This document shows, in pieces, positions 25,901 through 40,900 of a stretch of 64,000 nt of DNA (position 1 is its first letter; each line of letters starts with the position of its first letter). Both the position numbers and the translations under genes were made by a program. Origin of the DNA: Mytilus californianus (lineage: Eukaryota). The DNA lies in NCBI RefSeq assembly GCF_021869535.1, contig NW_026262667.1, positions 10,602,001-10,666,000 on the forward strand, in the 5' to 3' direction. The notes below the pieces were generated by a model that did no database searches, was not told the DNA's origin, and was given only the letters and a program-made list of their open reading frames with translations.

Positions 25901-28900
25901 TAACAAATATATGGATAAAAAACATTTGTAATTATAAAGCTGGATAAAAAACATTTGTAATTATAAAGCTGGATAAAAAACATTTGTTATTACAAAGCTG
26001 GATAAAAAACATTTGTTATTATAAAGCTGGATAAAAAACATGTTATTATAAAGCTGGATAAAAAACATTTGTAATTATAAAGCTGGATAAAAAAACATTT
26101 GTAATTATAAAGCTGGATAAAAAACATTTGTAATTATAAAGCTGGATAAAAAACATTTGTAATTATAAAGCTGGATAAAAAACATTTGTTATTATAAAGC
26201 TGGATACAAAACATTTGTTATTATAAAGCTGGATAAAAAACATGTTATTATAAAGCTGGATAAAAAACATTTGTAATTATAAAGCTGGATAAAAAACATT
26301 TGTAATTATAAAGCTGGATAAAAAACATTTGTTATTATAAAGCTGGATAAAAAACATTTGTTATTATAAAGCTGGATAAAAAACATGTTATTATAAAGCT
26401 GGATAAAAAACATTTGTAATTATAAAGCTGGATAAAAAACATTTGTAATTATAAAGCTGGATAAAAAACATTTGTAATTATAAAGCTGGATAAAAAACAT
26501 TTGTAATTATAAAGCTGGATAAAAAACATGTTATTATAAAGCTGGATAAAAACATTTGTTATAATTTATAAAGCTGGATAAAAAACATTTGTTATTATAA
26601 AGCTGGATAAAAAACATTTGTTATTATAAAGCTGGATAAAAAACATTTGTTATTATAAAGCTGGATAAAAAACATTTGTTATTATAAAGCTGGATAAAAA
26701 ACATTTGTTATTATAAAGCTAACAGTGGAATAAAAACAGAACATATGTCTCACAAATTTTTTCAGGTTATTTGAAGGAAAAAATAATTAAATTTAATTTA
26801 TGTATTTATTTTTATTGAAATTTAATGTGTTTTTTCTACAACGGATGTGGTATGATAAGAATAAAGAGTCTTTTTGTGGTATGATAGGAATATACAGTCT
26901 CAGCAGTCTTGTTTAAAAGATTTGATAAGATGTCATATTTTAATCAAGTAAAAATAGACAGAAAAGGATGTTTTTGCAAAACTGTTGTCTGCTTCTTAGC
27001 TCTGATATTTTAAAAATACTTTTGAAAGAATCAGTTTCTAAATCAATCAAAGCTTAAAATAATTGTTAAGATCGGTCCAATTACAAACGATGGTGATACA
27101 TCAATACCATCACATAGCTGGGAATAAATTTCTGTCCAATTACAAACGATGGTGATACATCAATACCATCACATAGTTGGGAATAAATGTAAGTCAAATA
27201 AAACAAAATAATACTGTATCATGTAAAACATGCAATAATGCTCATACTTAGTACCTTAAATTTGCAATTTTGTCTTTCAGTATATTTTTCTGATTAGGGC
27301 TATTCCATTAAAATGTATGTGGGAGGGTTGGAAGGGAAGTTTAATTATTGAATGTGGGTCATGGGTCTTTTTTCAGTATGTGTCTATTACCATTATCCAA
27401 ATTATCTAAAAAATGGTTCTTGGTTGTAGGGATATTTTGAAAGTCCCTTCCTACCCTCCCACATACATTTTAATGGAATAGCCCTTATTGAGTTTAGTCC
27501 CTTCATGCCTTTAAGAAAATCCTGGATCTGCCCATGTGACTGTTAATTGTACTTACTGTCTCAATAAAAAATAATTTCCAGCCAGTATTCTGCCCCTTAC
27601 AACATCATTAAATCCTTCATGTCTGGTGGCAGCATATAATTCTTCTGTTGAATCTTCATTTGTTGCTCTGTGACCTTAAAATTAAAGTTAAGATGTTTAC
27701 ACAACTAGGATCAAGGCCACTATAAGCTTAATTTGAAACATTTTATTATAGAAAACAAGGAGTTGCAAATGATGTTATGCAAAGTATACCCCACTTATTA
27801 ATAGACATCCACCAAAAACTGCCATGTTCAGTGGGTATAATAAATATTTAAAGTATTATCAAACAGGCACTGACTGTCCAAGAAGATCTAAAAATAGCAT
27901 TACTAGCTTTCAGTAATTGTGAGTACTCTCAAATCGTACTTCATGTTAATTTGACCTGTTGACACAATTTGCGATTTGTTCAGTATATGTTTACTTGTTT
28001 TTGTTTAAATGTCATTTAGATAGAGTTAAGCCATTTCAATTGATATTTTAAAGTGTGTCTTTTTATGTTGTAATGTTTTACTACTGTCTCAGGTTAGGGT
28101 GAAGGTTGGCACTGTTAAAATGTTTAAACCCAATGCATTTTTATGCACCTGTCCTAAGTCAAGGGCCTGTTGTTCAGTGGTAGTCGTTTGTTGGTGTGGT
28201 TCATAGTTGTTTCTAGTTTCTTGTTTTTTATATAGATTAGACCGTTGGTTTTCCTGTTTAAATATGCTTTCCATATAGCTTTCATTGTAATGAGCGATCC
28301 TATTTAGCAACAATTCATTATATAAACAACTTATTCCTGAAAGGGTTTGCTTTGGTTGCCAATGTTTTTTCGAGGTAAAACACTCTGCTCTATCACCCTC
28401 TCATTTTATTTGTGTTAGTAAATTTGTTATACTTACTTTTCTGTTATTATTGTTTTTTTCAATAATCTGTTTTTGTTTTGCCTTGTTTTTTTATTGGTTA
28501 ATAATAGAGGGTAACATAAAAACAAGTTGTTAACCTCTGAGTCATGTGAGTGGAATGTTACCCTCATATTAACTAATAGAAAACTGGCAATTTAACATAA
28601 TGTATAATAATAAAATCCCCTAACAGCATACTAATGCTTACCAAACTCTATTCCATCATAGCGAGCCATATTAGATGCTACTTCACAACAGTTCAATACA
28701 ATATAACATAGGATAGAATACTGTGTATTGGGTAACGAAACCTGTGTGACCTTTGACCCTGCTTTTTCAAACATGTCTGCAGCTTCTACCCAGGCATTAT
28801 GAACATCTTTTGACAACCCTGGAGCATGGTATTCCTGTATTAAATTAAAGCTTTAAAAGTTATATATACATAAACAAGAATCACTAAAAATTCATAAAAA

Positions 28901-31900
28901 TCTCAAGCAAAATTTTTCTCTTTATTTTTATATTATTATTATCATGTACAAATTTTATGAGATTCAGCCAATACAAACTACGTCAAGTTTCCAAATAAAG
29001 AATACAAAAATGTGGACAGATTGAAAAGCATCTTAGCATGAGTTTGTTGATGGGCAAATTAAAATATTTGAGATATATTTCAAACTCAATAGTGATTATG
29101 TTGGTACATATAAATACAGGATGACTGTCCATAAGATTAACACATTATATAGTTGTCCAATCAAAATTAAGTTTATAACTTAGAGAAATATACTTAATAT
29201 TTATAAAATAAAACTATCCTACCTTAGGTATACCTATATGAAGATCTTTTATAGATACTTTATCAGGCAATGTAAAGTGATTAAATGTATCAGTTACAGT
29301 TGTAGAATCATGCACATCATGACCCGCCATTACATCTGAAATAAAAATCATGGTTTTTATCTTTTGAAAGTTGTTTGTTTTCTTAGTTTGCAACAAAAAT
29401 TGTTTAATGTAATTGAAATTTAATTGTGTTTACAAGAACTGAATGTAAAGGGGAACTAACTCAGTAATTAAACGGTTTAATTTGAGAATATTTTGCATAG
29501 AATATCAAGTATCTCTACACATATCAAATGGGCTAAAATATAATACTTATAAAAAGCACAAAATATGTTGATTTATTTTTACTTAATTATCATCAACAAA
29601 GTAAAGAACTTAATTTAAGTGAATGTAAATTAAAATGGATGAAACCAAGATATAAAGCATTACACATATCTTTCTACATTCAGAAAACCAATATTAAAGT
29701 AGATAATTTGTCTGCATGACCCCTGACATGGCCTATTCATAAGTTGTAATAGGCTTTGAACTTTGTAGCTTTTAGTAATTGTGAGAACTCTTATGTTTGT
29801 TCTTTGTAGCTTTTAGTAATTGTGAGAACACTTATGTTTGTTCTTTGTAGGTTTTAGTAATTGTGAGTACTCTTATTTTGTTCTTTGTAACTTTTAGTAA
29901 TTGTGAGTACACTTATGTTTGTTCTTTGTATGTTTTTTCATATTGTTAAGAGAAATGAAACATGAAATTTATCAAACCAGTCAAGTATTAAGTGTAGTTT
30001 GATTAAAAGAGGACTGTATTGGAGAGGTTTGTTCTTTGTAGCTATTAGTAATTGTGAGTACTCTTATGTTCGTTCTTTGTAGCTATTAGTAATTGTGAGT
30101 ACTCTTATGTTTGTTCTTTGTAACTTTTAGAAATTGTGAGTACACTTATGTTCGTTCTTCGTATGCTTTAGTAATTGTGAGTACACTTATGTTTGTTCTT
30201 TATAGCTTTTAGTAATTGTGAGTACTCTTATGTTTGTTCTTTGTAGCTTTTAGTAATTGTGAGTACTCTTATGTTCGTTCTTTGTAGCTTTTAGTAAATG
30301 TGAGAACTCTTATGTTTGTTCTTTGTAGCTTTTAGTAATTGTGAGTACTCTTATGTTTGTTCTTTGTAGGTTTTAGTAATTGTGAATACTCTTTATGTTT
30401 GTTCTTTGTAGCTTTTAGTAATTGTGAGTACTCTTATGTTTGTTCTTTGTAACTTTTAGTAATTGTGAGTACTCTTATGTTTGTTCTTTGTAGCTTTTAG
30501 TAATTGTGAGAACTCTTATGTTTGTTCTTTGTAGCTTTTAGTAATTGTGAGTACTCTTATGTTCGTTCTTTGTATCTTTAAGTAATTGTGAGAACTCTTA
30601 TGTTTGTTCTTTGTAGCTTTTAGTAATTGTGAGTATTCTTATGTTCGTTCTTTGTAGCCTTTAGAAATTGTGAGTACTCTTATGTTCGTTCTTTGTAACT
30701 TTAAGTAATTGTGAGTACACTTATGTTTGTTCTTTGTAGCTTTTAGTAATTGTGAGTACTTTTATGTTTGTTCTTTGTAGCTTTTAGTAATTGTGAGTAC
30801 TCTTATGTTCGTTCTTTGTGTGTTTTGTCATATTGTTAAGAGAAATGAAAGATGAAATTTATCAAACCAGTCAAGTATTAAGTGTAGTTTGATTAAAAGA
30901 GGACTGTATTGTAGAGGTTTCTCCGAAATAGACGAAAGCACAAAACTATACTGAACTATGTGGTTTTTGTGCTGTTGGGTTGGTGTGTCTCTGGCATATA
31001 TCACACATCTCCTCTATTCACATAAATACAGTGGAAAGTAAGGATAAGGGTAAATCTTAAAACTTAAGTCATATTTTTAGTGGGACATAAAATGAAAATT
31101 CTCTGCCCAAACTTACTGAACAAAATACTTGCATCATCCACTGTTTTACTAAACAAAGCTGGAACATCCATGGAGTTGACAAGGGGAATTAATCCATGTC
31201 TGGATAACATGCCATATGTTGGTTTAAATCCTACAACACCACAATAAGCTGCTGGGTTCCTTGTGGAGCCTCCAGTATCTGACCCTAGTGCTCTACAATG
31301 ATTGATGAATTAGTTCTAGATGAGTAGAATCAAGGAAGTAATAATTTCATTGACATCATGCATCAGAATTAAAAACAGATAATGTTTATTAATTCATGAC
31401 ACAAAATCCATACACACACTTGAAACAAAACCTGAAGGTTAGGAACAATGCTTTTCTTGCTGTTTTTCATCTCAATTAATATGACACCATAAATACGGAA
31501 CAATGGTTCACCCCTTACTGCAGGTTTATGATGACCTCAATGCAGGTTTGAGCACATTTATTTTCTAAATGTTGACATCTATACATCTGTTAATTTGCAC
31601 AAAGGGTTGTTCTAAATTGCAAAATAGGTTGATAAGAGTCCTACTTCATCTATCATTTTTCAACCAATCACTTGTATCTTAAAGCACTGCATTGAACAAT
31701 AAAGGTACTGGGGTAGATATTGTTTCATAAGATATCGCAAGTTTGAAATATGACCAGTTCCATCACCAGGTCCTAAATTAATACAACTAAAAGTGATTAC
31801 TGTTTCATGTCAATGGGTCAAGTGTTGCAAAATCGTTGTTCAATTTTTTTTATATAGCATATCAATTAGTGATAAGGTTTATTCAAAGTTATCAATAAAA

Positions 31901-34900
31901 TGACAAATACATGTAACCTGTAATATAATAAAAAAACAAAGGATATGGGGTATCCATCCATGACAAAAAATCAGTACATCCACAGACAAAAACACACAAA
32001 AAGCAAAGGAACACTGCTTTTTATTGCTCTTATTCATCTCTTAAACCAATTTTAAACAAGCATTCTGTGAGTATTGCCTGGCAATACATAGTCCCATACG
32101 GTTAAAAATTCATTGTACTGGAACAAAATGCTAACTTGATCTATAACTTGTCATGGTGTAAATTATATAACAAATATCAATTCAATATCTTCAAGCATGA
32201 CGAAAAAAAATGTGGAAAATTGATTTTTTGAGTGAATTTTCTAAGTCCAAGGACCATAACTCTGCACAAAATCATCAGACCGGAACAAAATTCGAACTTG
32301 ATCTGTAACTTGTCATGAAAAAACTATATACCAATCATCAAATCAATATCTTCAAGCATGACAAAAAAAGTGCAGAAAACTGAAAATTTGAGTGAATTTT
32401 CTAAGTTCAAGGACCATAACTCTGCACAAAATCGTCAGACCGGAACAAAATTCGAACTTGATCTGTAACTTGTCATGATAAAACAATACACCAAATATCA
32501 AATCAATATCTTCAAGAACGAAGAAAAAAATTGTGGAAAACTGATTTGCTGGACTGACGGACAGACAGACAGACAGACGGAGTGCAAACCTAAAGTCCCC
32601 TTCGACTTCGTCGGTAGGGGACTAATAAAACCCTATTGTACAATACTAGCAATGCTAAATTATGGTTACCTGCAAGGTTTACTTCAATTTGGTTGTAATA
32701 ATTACCTCATAACAAACCCTGAATGCCAAATCAACAGCATTGCCATCAGATTTATGCTAGTCTTTCAGGGAACTACAGCTCAGACATCTAAACTTCAATA
32801 GTCACATACCAATCCAATCATTTAATGAAGTCACTTACCCAAAACAAACCCCTGATGCAGCACTGCCACCAGCTATATGCCAATCTTCTGTTAAAGTGTG
32901 ATAGTTTCTCATACTGACCTGTTCAATAGGTTAGGTGAAGTCACTTACCCAAAACAAACCCCTGATGCCACTGCTGCAGCACTGCCACCTGAACTGCCAC
33001 CAGCTATATGCCAATCTTCTGTTGAGATGTGATAGTTTCTCATACTGACCTGTTCAATAGGTTAGGTGAAGTCACTTACCCAAAACAAACCCCTGAAGCC
33101 ACTGCTGCAGCACTGCCACCTGAACTGCCACCAGCTATATGCCAATCTTCTGTTGAGGTATGATAGTTTCTCATACTGACTTGTTCAATGGGTTTGGTCT
33201 GCTGATTTTCTAGCTGAGAACTGGTATATTTATACTTCCAAGGATTTCTGACTGAACCATGGATGCCATCAACACTTCCTGATCTAAAATCATACAAAAT
33301 TTGTTTGTTAACATAGTTTCAAAACATTTATCATGCATGTTTATATCTCATTTTATTTTACAGTCAAAATAAAAAAAGGTCACCTCTATTTACTTTGTGA
33401 AAACCTGTCTTGTCAGGTCACCTTCTTCTTATCCTGATGTTGTCCAGTTGACAGTAATAACTATATTATGCATTTTGAACCTCAATTCACAGGACACCTC
33501 TCTTATAAGGTCAGTTTTCACTAGTCCAAAGGGTGACCTTTAAATACAGGTTTGATTGTACTTTTATTTACATAATATTCATATAAAACACTTTTTTTAC
33601 AATCTTGTTTAAAGTGCAGTATTTGCTACTTTCTCGTCTCTGTTATAAAGGAATGTATTTTTAATGTAAGTTAGCATCATAGAAGCAATAAAAAATATAC
33701 CAGTAATCTTTTCTCAAAGTGAATAGGATCATTCATTTTCATTAAAAGTGATTTATATGTCATATTTATAAGTCATGTTCCTTTAATCTCATCATAAAAA
33801 TACTGCTCTTCATTTACTTAAAACATGGCCAATACATAGACTTTCTGCATAACCATTCTTACTCATTTTTATCCTTTCTAACACCTTTAACAAATTTATA
33901 AACTGCTATGAATAAAGGTTTGCTATAATACTTACACTGAGCAGAATGATTAAATTGAAACAATTTAGTAACTTTTTATTCTGACTAACCTGGAAAACTA
34001 TCAACCATATAACTTTCACTTCATGAGATTTTGTTCATATTAAAACATACAGAGTATTACCATAACAATGTACAGAAGATTACCCCATAGCAAATTCATC
34101 CATATTTGTTTTACCAATGAGATAAGCTCCTTCATCTTGTAATCGTTGAACTACTGTGGCAGTGTAGGGAGGAATGTAGTTCTGTAACATAGCAGTGGCA
34201 CATGATGTCCTAATACCAGCAGTGCAAAAGTTGTCTTTGACAGCAATAGGAAGGCCTTCTAATTTTCTCCACTTCATTGGTTTACCTGTGGTAAAGATAT
34301 TTATGCAAAATATAAATAAAAGAGATGTGGGGTATATTTACATCCATGGAACAAAAACTCAGACACTACTGTACTTTTCTTTTGTTGGCCTTTAGAAGGG
34401 TCTTTTGGTTTTATTGTGCAGTTGATTGATTGACATCCTTGTGTGGTTGAGTTGATTTGTATACCCAATATCACTTTTTTTCTAATGCTCACATTTGAGT
34501 CTCATACAAATACAGCAAATTATTACTCTCATATTGTCTATATAAGAGGGTCTCTGACTCTCTTGATAATCAAATGTAATTACTTTTTTGTCTTTTTCTA
34601 TCAGTTTTAGCAGCAGAATCTCTACTGATGTCCACAGTCTCTGTGATAAAGGCATTAAGCTGTTGGGTTTTGTTCAATCTTTCTATACATTTTTCACACA
34701 AGTCTTTAGCTGTGATGGAACCATCTCTTAATTTGTGTACAGCCTGGAAAAAATAACATATACATGTATATCATGTCATGTATGTTACTGGTGAAGGGCA
34801 GCAGATAACAGGTGGGAGATGTGAAGAGTAAAAAAGTGAGAAAATATAAGGTGGGAAGGTAGGAAAGGGGGTTAGACTAAAAAAAAGAGATGGATGTTTG

Positions 34901-37900
34901 ATTAAAGAAGTGTGGTTAAAAGAAGAAAAGGAAGAAGTAGGAAAAGTATACATACCCCACCTGTCAATCATCTCTGCAAAATTGATCATACAAATCAGTA
35001 CTCACTGTCAGGCTTCATATGCCTAATTTCTTTTAGTGATGTATGTCCTTATTTACGATTGTTACATGTTAAACAATTTCTTATAGCCTTGCTTGATTCG
35101 TCACTATGATATAGTAAGGCTCTTTTATCAGACTTGTTAGTACCGCATGTTTCAATTTAGTTAGTCAAATAGGAAAATTAACAATTTATCCCTCCAAAAG
35201 GGTGGCCAAGAGAAAAAAAATCAAATTAAGTCATTCCAAACCTATCTATACAGAATGTAAACAAAGTTTTATGTATAAAGAAAAGCCTTAACATTTGTGT
35301 TAATTGTAGAAGGTCCAGTAACAACAACACTTTAATGAATGCTCCAGTAATTTAATGAGATCGACATGTTTCGGTGGCTAGGCATTTTATGTTTTGATCA
35401 TAATGACCCTGCATACCCGAGGTATCCACTTTATGGAATCTACTGACAGAAGATTTACCAGGCGTTGGTTCACTTGTGTTTAAATTTGTGTTAAATGTTT
35501 AAATTTCTTGTAAAGAACTTTTGAATATCTTTTTTATTAGGAAAATAAATATTTAATACTTTTTTTGATTTTCATTTCATCTTTTTAATGAAAAACAATT
35601 CACTGCTAAGATCAAAGACGGTATAATTTTTTTTTAAACAGTGTCACATGTTTAACCCTCCCGCATTCTGTATGTGCATGTCCAAAGTCAGGGCCTGTCA
35701 TTCAGTGGTTGTTGTTGCTCCTGTATATCATATTCGTTTTTTCTTTATTATCAGGGGCGTAGCTCTATATGTACTCTAACATGCCATGGTGTGCACATCA
35801 TCTGACCACAGAAAATTTTTAGAAATGAAAAAAAAATTCTGACCATCTTCATTTGGACGTGCACATTACATGGACCCAGCAAAGCCCCTGATTATTATTT
35901 CATTGAATACTTTACTATGTAGTTCTTTACTTTTTACTTATTTATCACATAGTTCTTTAATATAAATAAGAAGATGTGGTATGAGTGCCAATGAGACAAC
36001 TCTCCATCCAAGTCACAATGTATAAAAAGTTAACAATTATAGGTCAAAGTACAGCCTTCAACACGGAGCCTTGGCTCACACCGAACAGCAAGCTATAAAG
36101 GGCCTCAAAATGACTAGTGTAAAACATTTCAAACAGGAAAACCAAGGGTCTAATCTATATAAAAAACGAGAAACGAGAAACACCTATGAACCACACCAAC
36201 AAAGACAACCACTGAACAACAGGCTCCTGACTTAGGACAGGTGCATAAAAATGCAGCCTGTTTAACTGTTTTAACAGGCCCCAACCTTCACAATAACCTG
36301 AGACAGTAGTGTAACATTACAACATAAAAAGACACACTATAAAATATCAATTGAAATGGCTTAACTCGATCAAAAAGACATTTAAACAAAAACAAGTAAA
36401 CATACACTGAACGAATAAGTTTGATCTATGACACAATATAAATACAATATTAAAACGTAGGTGCCTATATAACATAGACGTTACAGGTAGTAATAAAAAA
36501 GATGTAGGAAGAGTGTCAATTAGACAACTCTTACCTGGGACAAAATGGCGTTAAATAAAACAACGTACACAGGTAAATTCAAATATAATAATTTTGTTAA
36601 TAGGAGTACGGAAGTAAACATTTTTAACAAAACTAATAAATTTGTTGTTCAGAGTACGAGTACAAATGTGAAAATTTATCGTCATACTGAATACTTATCA
36701 AAGGTGGTACATATTAAAAATAGTGAGAAGAGATATAGCACAAAATAAGTAAACATTGAATTATAGAAATGCATTACAAACTGTGTCAACAGGTCAAATT
36801 AATGTTCCCTTTTAATATTGGGCATATTATACACAAACTACAAGTGAACATTTTTAATCAGTGAGTATTGTCCATATATATGGAAATTATGACATCAACT
36901 TTTTGTGCTTTGCACGAAACTGTTTTAAGGTTAATGAATATATCTTCATACCTTGCATTTAATAGCAACTAGTATTTTAGACATGGAGAAGTGATGATTT
37001 TTATATACTTCAATTATTTTCTATCTTTTAACCGAATGTAATGCACAGAAGTATAAACATGTCTATGACAGCACATTTTTACTTTTATATATATATAATT
37101 TAATTTTGGATGTAACAAGTCTTCTGATTGGCTGAAAGTTTTTTGTCTATCAGCTCATAGACATAATTTTGTCATGTGGCCGTGACGTCATCAATGTTTT
37201 TTTCATGAATTACTCTTTAAAAATGGAATTTAGATTTAAATTATAAGGACTGACTAACATTTTTTCTGTCTTTTTAAAATAACCTAAAATATGTGGTGCA
37301 CACTTTTAAATAACACAATACGCAGGTTATTCTGTGTGCACCACATTTTTGATGTCATTTCTTCATAGATAGAAAAAATATTACAGTCATTCCTTAAATG
37401 CATGAACTGGTGGATTAATGATATGTCTTTAGTGAATATTAGATTTAAGTGGGTGCTGGTGTATAATTATATATAGCACTGTAATGTTTATTGGTCGTAA
37501 TGGTTACAAATAAGAAGGATCTTATTGTAGCAATACATGGTTTACGCATAGATTTAGACCGTGGCCAGGTCGAATGTTATAGGGGTGTTTGTGAGGGACT
37601 CTTGTGTTCAGTAAGGGGAACATTTAGGGAACACCCCTTTATATCCAGGAAATAATGTATTTGGCCACGGGTATATAAGTGAATGAGAAATGCCACTTAG
37701 GGCTGTCAATTGGCTGTCAATGAGCTGTCAATGTTCATAAATCAACAGAGCGTACGGTGGTTATATTAAGTGCTAGTAGAGCTATAATATTCAGAGGACA
37801 TTGCTTGCTATGCAGTTTGAGTTTTGCTCATTGTTGAAGAATGTAAGGTGATCTATAGTAGCTTACATCTACATCTTTCTATATTTTTTTTTAAAGATCT

Positions 37901-40900
37901 ATTTGCAAATCTTGTCTTGCTGATCAGAATTGCTTTTTATTTTTTTGTTATTACATCAGTTGCAAAGATTATTATAAAATATAGTGATTTACCTCAAAAC
38001 GAGAAATATTAGATAATAAAATAGTTATATACAAATATATCATGCTTACAAGGGGTATTTGCCAAAAATACCGGTTGAGAGGTTCAAATTTCCAGAGCCG
38101 TCAGGCGAGGGAAATTTGTTTACCTCGAAACCGGTATTTTTGGCAAATACCCCTTGTAAGCATGATATAATTGTTTAATTCCACCTAATGTTCTTTGTAT
38201 CCATCTTCACCTCAGAAATTTTATTGCAATCAGGTATATATCATATGGAGTTTCCACTTGACTATATAATTTTTGTATATACTGCAGCTGTGGTATTTGC
38301 GCAGTCAAATTGCATTAGCCGTATAATCATTTCTGATAATTGTGTATCCATAGTCAGTGACTGTATATATCTCCGACGTTGATAATGCGTTTCCGTTGAA
38401 TTTTATTTATGACGTCATTAAAAGTACAGGTTTGCGGATTTTTTACGTTATTCGCTACAAATTTAATAATGATGTTTTTTTCCCCTAAATATTTCATTTG
38501 GAACAGTTGTAGGAGTTGCATGTATAAAGAATAACCCTAAAGTTGTCCTATTAGAATAAAAAAAAAATTCATTGTGTTATTTTTAGACATGGTATTCCCC
38601 ATCTGCCATGGTATTTGCTAGTAAATACCATGGCACATGGAATTCCCTAATGACAAATACACCAGCAGAGAAAAAAAAATCTCAATACATAGAAATTGGT
38701 GAAAAATACCATGTCTCTCATCCAATCAAAATACAGCATTATTACATAAGGTGGAATTATATTTAAAATACAGCTAACATTAACACTGCTGAATAAGTAT
38801 CTCTTTTGGTAAACAATAGCTCAGCATTATTACTTAGACTGTCTTCCTCTTTCATATCAGAGTGTCTAAATATAAGGAATAGTGTGTTAATATGATATAT
38901 TAATATGTAACTTTTCATTCTATTATGTCAATCAATATAATTATATATGCAATAGGTCTTTTAAACCATCGTTCACGAGTTTGTGCCAATAAAATATTTG
39001 TATTTGTATTTGATCCAAGTCATAAGAATCAAAGTGCTTGTAAGCACTGAAGGGTAAAGATTGCTTTAATTTATCAGTGGGAAGTAAAATTAAACATTGC
39101 ATTGTATAAAGCATTGGTTGTAGTTGATTCAACTAAAATTATGGACAAAGGAAGATAACTCCAATTTTAAAGATTACTTTAACAATGACATCATTGATAT
39201 TTTTATAACAGATCTTAGATTCCTACACCTTGCACAAGTTATGTAATTTTCATGACAAGTACAACATCATTTCGTAACTTGAATATCTGAGCATATATTT
39301 CATTGATAAACTTCTGAAAATGTTCGTGGATAGGATGTTTAGAATGTATTGATCAATGCACTATATTTTGTGTATCTCAAAAGTAGAGATAAACCTTGGA
39401 AGGTTTAAATATCAAGTCAGTACCATAGGGTTTTGATTGCATTTCAAGCAATCTTTACCCAAAAATTGCTGATTAATGTTGACTAATGATTGCACTAACT
39501 TCTGTTATATAAATTATGTTTTTATTATAATTATGCACACCCAGCATTCTTCATATATAACTTCTAATAAAATTGTAATAAATCATCCCTATACTCATTA
39601 AAGGTGATAATCTGATTTAAAATATAAATACTTTACATTTAAAAAATATATGTATTTCGATATGAAATCATGTAAATATCTAAAATATTAAATTCAATAT
39701 TTTCGAATGATTGTCTCATCTAATGAAAATTATATATTTGAATATGCGTCAAAGGAATAATATTTGATTGTCCACCTTAGCTATTATTTGTAAAATTCAT
39801 TAATATTTATGAACTACATTTCAAATATATATATAATTTTTATCCCTTGTAAATATTTTTTTTAATTGGAGCTGGAAGGAATGCTTTGGGAGGGATCAAC
39901 TTGGGCTGGATCGACATGAAAGCTCTAGGATAACTTATTGGTTGCGACATAAGAAGCACTGTATCTAACGTGAGGGTACCCAAATTGCACCTATTTTGAC
40001 AGTTTTTTCGCCTATGTTTATTTATGATGCAGACAAAAGTTTCAATTCTGTATTTATTTTGTAGATGAGTCCTTATTTACTATATAGTTCCACCAATGCA
40101 ATTCTGAATCCATATTGAATCATAGAAAAATGGGTTTGAACTGAAAATAAAAACAGTTTAAGTTCTAAAAACGAATATATAAATAAAATAGATTATCTAT
40201 ACATATATGTAGGACTCTAAAGTGCGATGGGGACGCTAAAACGCGATGGTCACGCTAAAGTCCGATGGCCTACGCTAAAGTGCGATGGTTTGATAAGCTA
40301 AAGTGCGATGGTCTGTGCTATTCATTTGAACACGCTAAAGTGCGTTTTTCTGCAAAAGTATCGACGTTAGCAACGTTCGACAGCATTATGACGAGATTGT
40401 TTGTCCAGATTAAGGATTTGTATTACACAAGAAAAGAAAGAAGAGAGAAACAAATGATCACAATCTGGAACTATTTTGGTCGTTGCTGGAAGAGGTTAAC
40501 TTAATTTGTAAAATTGTAAAAAGAGCTTTAATCAAAACAGTTACTTTCTAATTGAATAATTCTATAAAAAAAAATTACAATATGGTTTGTTATTTTTGTT
40601 AATGAATATACTTCAACTAGACAGCAACATGACGAACAGATGTGTAGTATCATCATAAAATATGATTGCCAATACGACAACTCTCTATCCACGACCTAAT
40701 GTCATTGATGTATGTAACTTTAGGTATGACCTTTAACGCGGAGCATTATCTTACACAACATATTATTTTTTATTAAAAAACGACTTCTACTAAATTCCAG
40801 ATATACTTACTATACTGCAGTTTAACCATTACACTTTTTGGACAACTATCGTACTTTAAATAAAAATAAGAAGATGTAGTATAAACTATCAATCCAACCC

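Noticed and set aside
36952-36984. Alternative QRSL1 first exon [11 protein letters not shown]|gtatga
   Set aside because: Phase-compatible, but the micro-exon at 43244-43267 (MLSLTLKE) matches the known GatA N-terminus much better.
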